64,000 bases of DNA from Isurus oxyrinchus (lineage: Eukaryota): positions 2,852,001 to 2,916,000 of the forward strand of contig JANJGN010000052.1 in the NCBI GenBank assembly GCA_026770705.1, in the 5' to 3' direction. A program made the position numbers and the translations under genes. Every line of letters begins with the position of its first letter. Positions within the stretch are counted from its first letter, which is position 1. Under the pieces are notes generated by a model. That model worked only from the letters and a program-made list of their open reading frames with translations, was not told the DNA's origin and did no database searches. Positions 23,079-38,000 of the stretch are shown here, piece after piece.

Positions 23079-26000
23079 CTACAGAGAAATGGAAACAGAA
23101 GACATCCTCACATCATTTACTGGCACTGATAGGGTTAAATTATTGTGCAGCCTCATTAGTGTCAGTCGTGTCTCAGTTGGTTTAACTCTCTCTCTCATAT
23201 CATATAAAAGAAACCACCTATGGCAGGGCAGCACTCCTTCAGTACTGACCCCCGACAGCGCAGCACTCCCTCAGTACTGACCCTCTGTCAGTCTCGGACT
23301 CCCTCAGTACTGACCCCCGACAGCGCAGCACTCCCTCAGGACTGACCCTCTGTCAGTCTCGCACTCCCTCGGTAATGGCTCTGGTGAGTGACGGCTTGGA
23401 TTCTGCACTCAGGTGCCTGGTGTGAGGCTCATTAACAAGAACCTTGTAATCAGAGAGAGGATGAGAGGGAAGAGAAAGTGAGAAAGGGATAGAGATAGGG
23501 TGTTATTAATCTATTAATGTATGTAATGTAATTGGAAATTGTCTTTTTAAACAGGGGTCTAGTCTGTGGGTGTGTCTGTGAGTGTTTTAATTGGATTAAA
23601 GCCAGCCAGTCTGGGTACTTTGATGTCAAGTAGTTTTGAGATGTAAACAAAGAGGTAAAGGGGTAATTTGCATCTTTAAACAGAGCATTCAATGTCTGGG
23701 AGTGAAATCTTAAATGAAGCAATGTTTATATTACTAATAAAATTGATACGATGAAGGGTGGAGTTCAAAGGTCCTGATGATACAATGAGAATTTACATTC
23801 AAAGAGAAGCGTTGGGTATAACTTGAGCAGTTTTGTGTGTGCAGAGCAGAGGCTTGTAACATCAAAGCAGCTGTAAGCCTACACCTGTCTGCAAAGGAAC
23901 CAAAGTGAAAGGAACCTCATTTGGAATTTGTGAGGTGAAAATGCTTTGCTGGAATCTGCTTAAAGTCTATGTGTTGTCTTAGAGGAGATTAGTTTGGGAA
24001 TTTGTTAAAGTTATGATAATACTAGTTTGTAGCCATGTGCATATGTTTAACTTGTGTTAATTAATAAATGTCTCATGTAGATTGATATAAAACCATCTCG
24101 AGAACTGGTGGTCTTATTCTTGAATTTAGAGCTGCATCTCAAACATTCCACTGGGAAATATAGGTTATGACAGTTGTTTAAAGTTTCCCTCTGGGATTTG
24201 AAACAACAGCCTTTAACAGTTGCTGTGTCATAACAGAGAGACAGCATGATACTGAACCATTGCTGACTCCACAGGTACAAATCAGTGGGTAACTGGGCTG
24301 GGAATCTGGGACATGTGTTGTCTACACACTGAGATTGAAGCTTTGCAGTGAGTGTAAACAGCTCCTGTACCTGGTGCTTCACAGAGAGTGGACTGGGGGT
24401 CAATGCAATGTCACTGGTCCCTGAAACTCTCTCCGCCATCGCTGTCTTCCTCCTGCAATAACACAATATCACACTGTGGTTATCATATAGCAGAGAGTCA
24501 GTGCAGCACAGACACAGAGCCCACTGAAACCTTACACCAATGACTGGACTGTCTCTTTAAATCACCTCTGCACAAAGCACAGAATCAAGAAGCTTGACAC
24601 CATCCAGGACAAAGCAGCCCGATTGATCTACACCCCATCCCCCACATTAAACATTCACTCCCTCCACCATGAACACACAGTGGCAGCAGTGTGTGTACCA
24701 TCTACAAGATGCACTGCAGCAACTCAGCAAGGCTCCTTCGACAGCACCTTCCAAACCCACGACCTCTACCATCTAGAAGGACAAGGGCAGCAGACACATG
24801 GGAACACCACCACCTGGAAGTTCCCCTCCAAGTCACTCACCATCCTGACTTGGAAATATATCACCGTTCCTTCACTGTCACTGGGTCAAAATCCTGGAAT
24901 TCCCTCTCTAACAGCACTGTGGGTGCACCTACACCACATGGACTGCAGCGGGTCAAGAAGGCAGCTCACTACCTCCTTCTCAAGGGGCAATTAGAGATGG
25001 GCAATTTAATAACGGCCTCACCAGTGACAGTCACATTCAATGAAAGAATTTAAAATCTCACAGCTCAGGAGGAAGCCACTCAGCCCATCGTGCCTGTGCT
25101 GGCCCTTTGTAAAAACTTTCCAATTAGTCCTAAGCAAATGTTTATATTAAAATCAAGTTAAATCTTCAGACTTACTTTCTCACACAGATGAAGATGAAGA
25201 TTCCAGCCAGTAAAACACTCAACATGATCCCAGCCGTGAACAATCCTACTGTCAATTTACTGGTGTCTCTACCTGTAAAAACAGCCATTAATTACTGCAC
25301 TACAGGTTTACAATGATGCTCCGATGTATCTCGAGAAGCGATACACTCACTCAGTGTTTAAATACTCATTCTCGGGCAATGCTGACATTTATTGTGCATC
25401 CCTAGTTTCCCCTTGAGATGGTGGTGGGGGGTCTTCCTCCTGAACCACTGGTTTGTCCCAAACTGGGAGACCAGTTCAGAGGGCAGGTAAGAGTTAACCA
25501 TGTTGGTGTTTGAGACTGGAGTCACATATACACCCAGACCTGTTAAAATGGACAGGTTTCCCTCCCTTAAGATCATTAGTGACCCATATTATATATGTAA
25601 TTTATATATATATGTATCAACTACCCTCCCTAAAATAATCAATTATCACCTCAATTTCATGCAGTTGTTTGTGGGATCTTGCTGTGCACAAATCAGCTGT
25701 TGCGTTTCTTACATGATGACAGTGAGCTCACTTTGAAACTGCTTCACTGGTTATCGAGCGTTTTGGGAATTCCTAAGTATTTTATCACCGCAAGTCTTAT
25801 ATTTTGATTTAATCCATGTAACATTTATATATAATATTTATCAATGTGATCCCTATAGCATAAATTTATAATATTTATCAATATAATCTATGTAACATTT
25901 ATATATAATTTTTATCCATTTAATTTCTGTAATATTTATATATAATGTTTCTCGATCTAATCCATGTAACATTTATATATAACATTTATCAATGTAATAT

Positions 26001-29000
26001 ATGTAACATTTATATATAATATTTATCCATTTAATCTGTGTAACATTTATATATAATTTTTCTCAATGTAATCTATGTAACATTTATATATAATATTTAT
26101 CCATTTAATCTATGTAACATTTATATATAATGTTGCTCGATGCAATCTATGTAACATTTATATATATTTATCAATATAATCCATGTAATATTTATATATA
26201 ATATTTATCAATGTAATCTATGTAACATTTATATATAATTTTTATCCATTTAATCTCTGTAATATTTATATATAATGTTTCTCGATTTAATCCATGTAAC
26301 ATTTATATATAACATTTATCAATGTGATATATGTAACATTTATATCTAATATTTATCCATTTAATCTGTGTAACATTTGTATTTAATTTTTCTCAATGTA
26401 ATCTATGTAAAATTTATATATAATATTTATCCATTTAATCTATGTAACATTTATATATAATATTTATCAATTTAATCTATGTAACATTTATATATAATAT
26501 TTATCAATGTAATCTATGTAACATTTATATATAATATTTATCCATTTAATCTATGTAACATTTATATATTATATTTATCCATTTAATCTATGTAACATTT
26601 ATATATAATGTTTCTCAATGCAATCGATGTAACATTTATATATATTTATCAATATAATCCATGTAACATTTATATATAATATTTATCAATATAATCCATG
26701 TAACATTTATATATAATATTTATCAATGTAATCTATGTAACATTTATATATAATTTTTCTTGATGTAATCTATGTAACATTTATATATAATATTTATCAA
26801 TGTAATCTATGTAATATTTATATATAATATTTAGTCGTTTGGGAGGAGAACCTGAGTATTGCTGAGAAAGGACATTTTGTCATAGCTTTCTGTCTTGCAC
26901 CCAATGAAGCAGCTTATCTGGGGGAGAGGGTTCCAGATTTCCACTCCCCTTTGTGTGAAGAAGTGCTTCCTGACATCACCCCCTGAACGGCCTGGCTCCA
27001 ATTTGACCAAGTGTTGCCATTGTCACATGAGGTCAGGAGATTCAAAGCTTGGTCAAATGGGTAAGTTGTACACAGCATCTTAGAGGAGGTAGAGAGAGAG
27101 GTGGAGAGGTTGAGGGAGGGAATTCTCGAGTTTAGGGATCAAACCAGCTGAGTGGAGATCGATCCTGAGTGAGTCTCTCACCTTTGACCCACAGATACAT
27201 CTTGAACATGGCTTCCCCATGTGGGTTTTGAACCGAGCAGGATGCCATCACTCCCCCCTCATCCTGGGGTCTCATCAGGGTGAGGGAACCAGTCACCAGA
27301 TGCCCATCTCTGACCTGCCATGACACAAAACGTCCGTGTGTTTGGTTACCACTGATGTTGGCACTGGGCAGGTGCCAGGTGAGGTCTCCGGGTGGGTTGG
27401 AGTTGGCCACACAGATGCAGGTGACCCCCTCTGATCTCCGAGTGCACTCCGACTGCTGGGAAATCTCCGGCTTATCTGAGGAGGGAAGGACAACAATGAG
27501 ACAACGTCATAGCAAAGTTAGAGCGTAAGATAGAATCTTCACACTGAAACACTCATTCCTGCCTTTGTTACCTCCGCACTCAACTATCCCAACACTCTCC
27601 TGCCCGACCTCCCATCTTCCACTCTCCGTCAACATCAGCTCATCCCAAACTCTGCTGTCCCCATGTCCTAACTCACACCGAGTCCCGTTCACACATCACT
27701 CCCTGTTGGTCACTGAGCTACACTGGCTCCCGGTCCGACAATGCCACAATTTTAAAATTTACATCGTTTCAAATCCCTCCTTACCCCCTCCCTATCTCTG
27801 TTACCTCCTCCAGCCCCTACAACCCTCCCTATCTCTGTTACCTCCTCCAGACCCTTCAACCCTCCCTATCTCTGTAACCTCCTCCAGCCCCTTCAATCCT
27901 CCCTATCTCTGTAACCTCCTCCAGCCCCTACAACCCTCCCTATCTCTGTAACCTCCTCCAGCCCCTACAACCTTCCTTATCTCTGTAAACTCCTCCAGCC
28001 CCTACAACCGTCCCTATCTCTGTAACCTCCTCCAGCCTCTACAACCCTCCGAGATCTCTGTGCACCTCCAATTCCAGCCTCTTGACCTTCCCCCGATTCC
28101 TATCGCTCCACCATTGGCAGCTGTGCCTTCAGGTGCCTGGATCCTAACTTCTGGAATTCCCTCCCTCATTTCTCACCTCCTTCGGACAAAATCTGACCAC
28201 CATCAAAAGCATCTTCCCTTCACCCCCACCCCGTTGGCATTCCAGGGATCATTCCCTCCAGGACACCCTGGTCCACTCCTCCATCACCCCTAGCACCTCA
28301 ACCCTCTCCGATGACATCTTCCCATGCATTTGCAGAAGGTGTAACACCTGCCCCTTTACTTCCTCCCCCCTCACTGTCCAATGAGCCAAACACTCCTTCC
28401 AGGTGAAGCAGCGCTTCATGCAGACTTCCTTCAATTTAATCTACTGCATTCACTGCTCCCAGTGTGGTCTCCTCTACATTGGAGACACCAAACGCAGACT
28501 GGGTGACCACTTTTCAGAATACCTTCGGTCTGTCTGCAAGCATGACCCAGACCTCCCTGTCGCTTGCCATTTTAACACCCCACCCTGCTCTCATGCCCAC
28601 ATGTCCGTCCTTGGCCTGCTGCATTGTTCCAGTGAAGCCCAACGCAAACTGGAGGAACAACACCTCATCTTCCGACCTGGCACTTTACAGCCTTCCGGAC
28701 TGAATATTGAGTTCAACAATTTCTGGTCATGAACTCTCTCCTCGATCTTCACTGCTTTTTGATCCCTTTTTTATGTATTCATTTTAATTGTTTTATTTGT
28801 TAACTGTTTTCCACTTATTTTTATTATTATTATTTGAAATTCATTTCCATTTTTATTGATTGTTTTATCCACAGATTTTAGTCTATTTTCGATCTTTATT
28901 CCCTCCACCGTCCCCTCCCCCTGCCACACCCCCACGAGGGCCATCTGTCTCTTTCCAGAGTGCTTACCCTGGTCCGCCCATTATCACACTCTGCTTAATG

Positions 29001-32000
29001 TCACCATTAGCACCTCCTTTATCCAATACCACCACTGTTAACAACCCTTTGACCTTGTGTTTATGACATCTTCCACAATCTCTCCATTGCCTCCACCTAT
29101 CGCTGGTTTTCTATCCAGCTCCACCTGTCCCATCGCCCCTCCTTAGACAGGATATATTTCACCACATGTCTACTTCCCTTTAGCTCTGAAGAGGAGTCAT
29201 ACGGACTCGAAATGCTAACCCTGTCTTTGTCTCCACAGATGCTGCCAGATGGTCAGAATCAGCTGGATGGACAGAAAGACCAATGAGTGGCTTAGATCAA
29301 GAGGAGACGTTCAGCAATTAAAAGGGTTGTTCAGGACAGTTAGAGAGAGAAAGTTCATCAAGTACGGAGATTGGAAACGAAGACCTGACAGCCTTGTCCT
29401 CACAACCATTGAAGGAGAAACTGAGAGCAAAAACAGAAAGGGAGAGGAAAAATTGGATGTGTGGATAACGTGGACTGAGCGAGGATTGAAGAAAACTGGA
29501 TTAAAAACAACACGATCCCAATGGCTCCACGGAGACCACGGAGACAACAAACAAACAAATGTATCTCCACACTCACGTTCCACAGTGATGGTTATGAACC
29601 CCTCCACTGCTCCATGTTCATTCTCTGCCACACACTGATAGTCACAACCTGGGCCCCCTCTGCCCTATCAGGTTGGGATAAACAATCCCAAGGGTCAATA
29701 CAAGGAAGAGCTCTCCCTGGTCAATATCACTCATTAGAAAAGGACCAGTTTTGTCTTCAACCCAGTGAAGTTTGTGGGATCTTGCTCTGCACAATGTATC
29801 CTATTACAGCTAGTATAGAATGAAGGGTGTTCATATTTACATTGCACAGTTAGTACGAGGGTCCGCTCCGATGAAACAGATGGATATCTCACTCTGCAGC
29901 TGAGAGTGTGTCCGTGGTGTTTGAGTGATGGGATCAGGGTCAGAACAGAAGTATAGGTCAGAGTGACACCATGCTGAGTTACAGTGTTTGAGACTGATCC
30001 AGGTAAGTCAGTGGGAGTGTCCCAGGTTAAGACAGGTGCTGCTGTTCCATTGCACGTTGTGTTGAAGGTGCAGCTTACATCCACACGCTTTCCTGCAATA
30101 ATTTCAGCAGGGAATATCGTGGGTTTATCTGTGAAATCTAACAGACAGAGAATGGATCCTTTTAGAGAAATATAACGTGAAGCATCAGTTCAAATAGAAA
30201 CCACAGTCCCACAAGAGAAAGCACTTTTACAAGGATGATATCAGAACTGAGAGATTACAATGATCAGGAGAGAATTTCCTATTTTCAGACTTAGTGGAGT
30301 TTCTGTCTCTCAGATGAATTCACTTCCACTTTGAGACAATTGAATTGACAATCCCAGGTGAGGGTGGGGGAGCAGCTCACAGTTCCTGACACACTGGCTT
30401 GTTACTTTCTCCGAAATCTGCCAGATTTAAATTCTATCCAGTTCCCAGCAGGAGAGAATCCATTTGAACCAATCACTGAACCGGCATTTAAAGCAGATGA
30501 TCAGGTTATTGATCACATTGCTGTTTCTGGGAGATTCCTGTGAATAAATTGGCTACTGTGTTTCCCAAATTACAACAAGGGCTACATTTCAAGAATTATT
30601 TCATTGGTTGTGAATCCATTTGCGACCTACAGAGGTGGTGAAAGGTGCTAAAGAAATGTGAATCATTCTTTTGTCGATATGTAAGACTGTCAAACAGGGT
30701 TAGGGAGATCAGTGGGAGTGGATATCCCGAAAACATTGATGGACACAGTCAATACATTTAATCATTGATATTAAAGTGAGTATTAGAGGTTGCTTTAGGA
30801 ATGAACTGGAAGCTATCACCAGGTTATTGAGAATCAGACAGTGTGTTATAATAAGCTGTGTTTTGTGTTAATATGTAAACGTCACAGTTTGTGTTATTTC
30901 CCATTGAGTGTTGAATGTGAATTGGTGAGTAATTATAACACAGCACTTACCAGAAACGTGAAGCTGGGTTACAGGGTAATAGTTATGGCCCGGACCATTG
31001 TCAAATTCTATTCTGAAAAAATAAAGTCCTGCATCTTCCCGTCTGATGCTGTTTATAATCAGGGAACAGTCGCCATCTTTCAGGTCTCCAGACAGCCGGG
31101 TCCGATGGCGGAACCGTGGTAACTCGTGACTGTGATCCTTGGAGTGAAAGGCTATGGGAGCCCAGGGAATCTGTTCCTCATTATTAAACCAGACTCCACC
31201 TCGCGGTTGGTTTTCCAGACACGATGGATAACTGTAATGACATGGAATCTGTACACACGAACCTTCCTGAGCTGTCAACTCTCGTGGAGTGTCACCTTTC
31301 CACTCTTGTGACAGTCCAACTGGGGAGAGAAATCTCAATATTTATCTCTGAATGGTTTGTGGATCCACTGAACCCGATATTTACAGATGAGGCTGAATTT
31401 GGAGGATGGTCAATACTGAGGAGAATGGCAACAAATTATTTTGGCAGGAAGAATAGAAAAACAGAATATTATTTAACTGGAGACAGGCTGCAGAATGCAG
31501 TACAGAGGGATCTGGGTGTCCTTGTACATGAATCACAGAAAGTCAGCATTCAGGAAAACTATGGAATGAGGAAGGCAAGTGGAATGTTGGCCTTTATTGC
31601 AAAGGGATGGAGTATAAAAGGAGGGAAGTCTTGCAACAACTGCACAGGGTGTTAGTGAGATTGTAACAGGATCATTGTGTACAGGCAGTTCAGAGAAGCT
31701 TCACTGGGCTGATTCCTGGGATTAAAGGGTTTGTCCTGTGAGGAAATGTTGAGCAGGTTGGGCCTGTATCCATTGGAGTTTAGAAGAATGAGGGGTGAGC
31801 TTATTGAAACATATCCGATTCCGAGGGGGCTTGACAGGGTGGATGCTGGGAGGATGTTTCCCCCTCGTGGGGGAATCTAGAACCAGGGAGCACAGTTTCG
31901 GAATGAGGGCTCCCCCATTTAAGACTGAGATGAGGAGGAATTTCCTCTCTCAGAGGGGCGCTAGCCTGTGGAATTCTCTTCCCCAGAGAGCAGTGGAGGC

Positions 32001-35000
32001 TGGGCCATTGAATAGACTCAAGGCTGAGTGAGGCAGGTTTTTGATTGACAAGGGAGTCAAGGGTTTGGGGGACAGGCAGGAAAATGGAGTTAAGGCCACA
32101 ACCAGATCAGCGAGAGCAGGCTCGAGGGGCCGAATGGCCTGCTCCTGTTCCTATTTCTAATGTTCTTATGTTGTTGTGTTATGAAGAATATTAAAATAGG
32201 GATAAAAGGGATAGCGAGAGAGAGAGAGGGAGAGAGTGAGAGAGAGAGAGTGAGAGAGAGATTGAGAGAGAGGGAGAGGTGGGGAGAGGTGTAGAGATAA
32301 AATTCCAGAGCTCGGGGCCCCAGGCAGCAGAAGGCATGGCTTCCAATGGCACAACGATGGGAATCGGGGGTAGCTCAAGAGACCGGAATTAGAGGAGTGC
32401 AGAGATCTCAGAGGATTGTAGGGGCTGGAGGAGGTTACAGAGATAGGGAGGGTTGTAGGGGCTGGAGGAGGCTCCTGAGATAGGGAGGGTTGTAGGGGCT
32501 GGAGGAGGTTACAGAGATAGGGAGGGTTGTAGGGGCTGGAGGAGGCTCCTGAGATAGGGAGGGTTGCCATGGCTGAAGCAAGAGGTGAGGATTACTGTAA
32601 TGGGGAGGAAAAATATTCAAAAATTGTGACATTGAGACTTTGCTTGACCAGGAGCCAGTCTCGGTCATCGAGCAGAGCGGGTGATAAGGGAACGGGACTT
32701 GGTGTGAGTAAGGACGTGGTCAGCAGTTTTGAATGGCCTCAAGTTTATGGAGTGTAGAGTGTGTGTTGGAACAGTCGAGTCTGGAGGTAATGAAGGCGTG
32801 GATGAGGGTTTCAGCAGCAGATGAGCTGAGACAGGTTGAAGTCGTGCGATGTTACAGAGGTGGAAATAGACGGTGTTAGTGAGGGCGCAGATATGAGGCC
32901 AGAAGCTCATCTCAGGATCAAATGGGACAACAAAGCTGTGAACAGATTGGCTTCAATCTCAGAGAGCTGCCAGGGAGAGGAATGGAGTTGGTAGCGAGGG
33001 AACAGAGTTTGGAGTGGGGAATGAAGGCAATGGCTTCAGTCTTTCCAATATTTAATTGGAGGGAATTTCTGCCCATCCAGTACTGGATGTCGGATAAGCA
33101 GCCTGATAATTTAGTAGCAGTGGAGGAGTCGAGAGAGGTGGTGGTGAGGTAGAGCTGGGGATCCTCAGTGGACAGGTGAAAACTAACACTGTTCAGATGA
33201 TGCTGCAAAGCCATTGCAAGTGAGTCTCTGGCTACGATGAGATGGATAAGAATGGAGCCAGGGGAGAGCAGTCCCACCCAGCTGGACGACAGTGGAGAGG
33301 TGTTGGAGGAGGATGGTGTGGTCGAGCGTGTCAAAGGCTGCAGACAGATCGAGAAGGACGAGGAGGGAAAGTTGACCTTTGTCACAGTCACACAGGATGC
33401 CATTTGTGACCTTGATAAGAGATGTTTCAGCACAGTGGCTGGGGTGGGACCCTGATTGGAGGGATTCAAACATGGAGTTCCGGGAAAGATGGGAAAGGAT
33501 TTGGGAGATGGAAACACGTTCAAGGACTTTGGAGGGGAAAGAGAGGCTGGAGATGGGACGGGTTTTACACGGACAGTGTGAGGGGTGGAAGGTGTAGTGG
33601 GGAGGAGACACTTCACTCAGGGGGGAGGTGTCATCACCCCTCAGCTCGGTTTATGTTACAGCTATGATGTGGATTCAATCACACACAATAAGCTCATGGA
33701 TCTGGGAGCAGAAATAGACAAATCATTAAAAATAGTGACGCTGGTTAACACGGCCAAAAAACAAGCAAATCAAACACTATTATTTCCCATTGAGTGTTGG
33801 ATGTGAATTGTTGAGTAATTATAACACAGCACTTACCAGAAACATGAAGCTGGGTTTCAGGATGGTCGTTGTATCTATTCCTGCTGTCAAAATCTGTTCT
33901 GAATAAATAATATCCTGCATCTTCCCATCTGACATTGTTTATAATCAGGGAACAGTCACCATCTTTCAGGTCTCCAGACAGCCGGGTCCGATGGTGGAAC
34001 TGTGGTAACTCGCGATTATGATCCTTGGAGTGAAAGGCTATAGACCGTTCATTCCATGTTTCCGAATTCCTTCTCATATACCAGATTCCAACTGGTGATC
34101 TCGCTACTAAATATGATGGATAACTGTAATTACATGGAATCTGTACACACGAACCTTCCTGTGCTGTCACCTCTCGTGGAGTGTTGACTTTCCACACTTG
34201 TGATAGTCCAACTACGGAGAGAAATATCAATATTTAACTCTGAATGTTTTCTCAAGCCACTATACTCAATATCCACCCCCTCCATCACTGGGGCACAGTG
34301 GCTGCAGTCTGGATAATCCACAGGTCACACAATGAATGCCCCAAGGTTTTACCACAGATCGAAGAGAATTCTGGACACAGGAGTGGACAAGTTCATTCTA
34401 CATTGGCTCATGGCCCTCAGGAACCTATTTAGTGATGTCAGTCTGCCACCCAACACAGTGTCTACAAGACGCACTGATTGAAGTGAGTTCACTGCTGATT
34501 TACAATGTAGGACAATGGATTTAGAGCCTTCAGAATTCCCCCATTATCACCATCATGAATCATGAATTGGCCTAGCTGTCCTAGATCCTCAGTGTCTAAG
34601 GCAGTGGTTCCTATTGTGATGTAAGTATAATAATTTTCATAATATTTTATAGTATATTGTGAAGTAGGTTTATGGGGGTACGCATGATGGGTCTGCATGT
34701 GATTTAAGTACATTTGGAGTTAATTAGATTGGAAGTTTAAAATGATCAAAAGGAGCTAGGTGCTTGACATGCTATTGAGGAAACATGGATGCTGCTTAGC
34801 ATGGAAGGTATGAAGAGAATTTGCATTTTTATTTCAATGAAGGGGTTGTTGGATTTCAAAGGAATCTTAGCTTGTTTACAACTAGCCAGATAAGCAAGAC
34901 TAATGAATGTGCTTATTTTTCTCAAAGACTCCTGGCAATATGGGCACCACGAAAGAATTTGTTATGAGGAAGAGACAGTTTCAAAAACATTTGGAACAAT

Positions 35001-38000
35001 AGAATTTTCATGTTACAAAGAGAGAAATATATATCTATCAGGGAGAATGAAAGGCTATGTGTCAGAATGCCATCTAAGATCTAACACGAGTGTGTGATAT
35101 AGTCTTAATGAAACCTCAAGCATTTGTGCACAAGCCTGCTATCCAACAGAACTGAAGTTGGGGAAAAGCCACTTGGAATTCCTCTGTGCAGGGTATTGCT
35201 ATTGTATTGTGTTAACTTGCTGAGTTGTTTTAAATCTAACATCTATTTTTAGTCTGTTGCCTTAAAGGGAGTATAACTGGGAGTCAGGTTAATTTGGAAT
35301 TTTAAGAATTATTATAGTGGTAATTGTAGAGTTATGTATGTGCTTGAAATCTTTTATTTTGAGAGCAAGAATTTTAATTTAATTTTCAAATCTCTAAAGG
35401 TCTTGGTGTAATTATTGCTTCTGAATTCAGTGCACACATCTCATAATAAATACAAATTGCAAAATCATTATGATAGTGTGACCACCTTTCTCTCATGGAC
35501 TTGGTCTGCCTGGCACACATCACCTGCCAAGTGATAACACTGTTGTAATATGCCTTTCAGGGACAGCAGCATGACATCACTCGAGGGGAAGTGTGTCATG
35601 TGATTTTAGAACTGGGGATAGCTTAAGTAAGTTCTATGTGTATTTGTGTGTGTTAGGGTTTAAGGTCTATCTTTAAGTTCAAGTTTAGTTTGATTTCTGT
35701 ATTTGTGTGTTAAGAAAGGGGGAAACTTCAGTTTTGGTTTCATTTTCATTTAGCAATCTAATGGGGTTTGATGTCTCTTGAAGGAAAGTCAAAACAAACA
35801 CAAGGTGTAAGAAACTGTGCTATTGCTAAGCAACAGTGATCCATAGGGACGGACTCATAGAGACAGAGAAAAACAGAAATGTGCTTTCAGTTTGGTTGAA
35901 AGGAGTTGCCAGGAGAAGCAGCAAAGGAGCGGGACAGATAGTCAGTCCCAAAGTAAAGAAGAAGCCAAAACTATCGAGTGGAACAGGAGAAAGAGCCAAG
36001 AAGACCTTCTACTCCAAAGAAGATCAGGAATCTGAAAAAGGTCCTGTTAAGTCGAGATAAGATTGAGGAGCAGAGGAGGGATCCAAGCTAAAAGAGAAAA
36101 AGCAAAAGGACACAGACCTAAAGCAAAAAAGGCTGATTAGAAGCCAGAAGATCATAGGAGACAGCCAAATGTTGATGTCTTCTTACTATGACCATGTGAA
36201 GCCATGGTGTTCCATTGGCATGACTGAGCATTGGAAAGACAACGCGTAGAAGGAAGGCTGAATGCATGTGGCGATCCAGGGGGCAGGAACATGGGAAGGA
36301 GAGTTTGAAATCGTGGAAGTGGACCCTTGTGGAAGGTCTCTGAGTGAAAGTGTCATGTTAGAGAAGATTCCAAAGAGAGCACTTGACGAGTAGAGATTGG
36401 AAACTCTCATGTGAAAGATACAGTTTTGTAAGACCAGTTGCCTCATGGTGAAACAAGTGTCTGGAGTCAGTTGAGCTGAAACCCATAGCATTTGTTCCAA
36501 TTGGGGTCTATCACTTGGTTACAGAATGTGGTGTCCCTGACACCAGGTCGTCTATTGGTTTGCATGAACTGTGTACTTAGTGTGAACATGAGAGTATAAG
36601 ATAGTTATTGTAACTTGTATTCTACTTATGAATCTGTAAATGTATAGGTCTGGGTGAAGGAGTAATGTAATATAGTTTGTCTTTCCTAGTTTAATAAATG
36701 TTTTATTCTTTTGTTAGAAGGTCATCAGATGATTCCTGTGACTCTGTTCAGTAGCAGCACTCCACATTCCTAAATAAAAAATAAAAGTTAGGACCTATCA
36801 AGCTGAGTTCCACCCTGGGATCTGACTTGCCCAGTAGTAACATCAGCTGGGATGATAACACCATCCAGTCCAAGTTTCACTTTGGCCTGTGAGCAGAACA
36901 CAGCTCACACAGTTTGGCTGCAGGTGTCTCCCAGCTTTCTATCCTTGTACATCTGTTCTCATGTCCCCATTCTAAATAACTGAACCCACAATGTATTTAC
37001 CCAATTCCGTATCAGTGGCTGGTGCCTTTATATCATTATAAAAACACAACATGGTGATCAGCGGTGGCCAAACATTCTGGCCGCAAGATTCAGTACAGGT
37101 ATGACATGGTGAACAGCCTGAGATCGAGCTACATGACATGAGATGACCCTCGACGCTTTGGTCAGACCACAACAGAGACACAGCATCAGAGAGGGTTGAA
37201 ATCGCAGTGTACTGACTCTCAGGAAACCTTTGAAGACACAGTGACGGGAAAGAGCTTAAGTAAAGAGCTGGGGAGCAGACGGATCCCTCGTGGTGGGATT
37301 ACAGCACACGGCCTGTAGGTCAGTGAGTGGGATAGTGTGTATCGCCAGGACCAGCAGCGGGTTAGCTCAGTCAGGGAAGGCGAGTGACCAGGGTGTGGGC
37401 TGGATCGATAGTGAGCGAGGGAGAGTCAAACACACAAAAACCATTATAAAAATCAGCCCAGAGAAGTTAGTGATTATAACGGGCGGCTTCGAGATTGCTG
37501 AACAGCAAATTGAATAAAAAACAAAGACTCCATTACTCCGTGGTGTGTTCCTGCCGCAACCCATCTTCGTGGGCGGAGCTTCGGAAAAGCACGTGAAAGG
37601 GGCTAAAGCGACACTCATCCCAGGTCCTGTAGGAGAAGGAAGGTCAAAGGAATATTGTCAGAATGTCCACAAAATTCCCCAGTTTGAACTGGGATGTAGC
37701 TGACCGACTATCTGAATTCAGAATGTTTAAACAGCGTACAGAACTCTGGTTTCCTGATTCTGGTGTGACTGAACCAGACGAACCACCCATAAAAATTCAC
37801 CTCGCGATTGGGAATGAAGGTCTACACAGGCTGAAGACATCAGGATTAACAGCAGAAGAGCGAAAGGATCCCCAATAGACACGGACGGTATTGGAAGACA
37901 GTTTCAGAATCAGGTGAAACTCCAAATTCATCAACTAGAGTTTATGTCATTTCATCAGCCGACACAATCCATAGACCACTTCATCAGCCGATGTAGAGAA

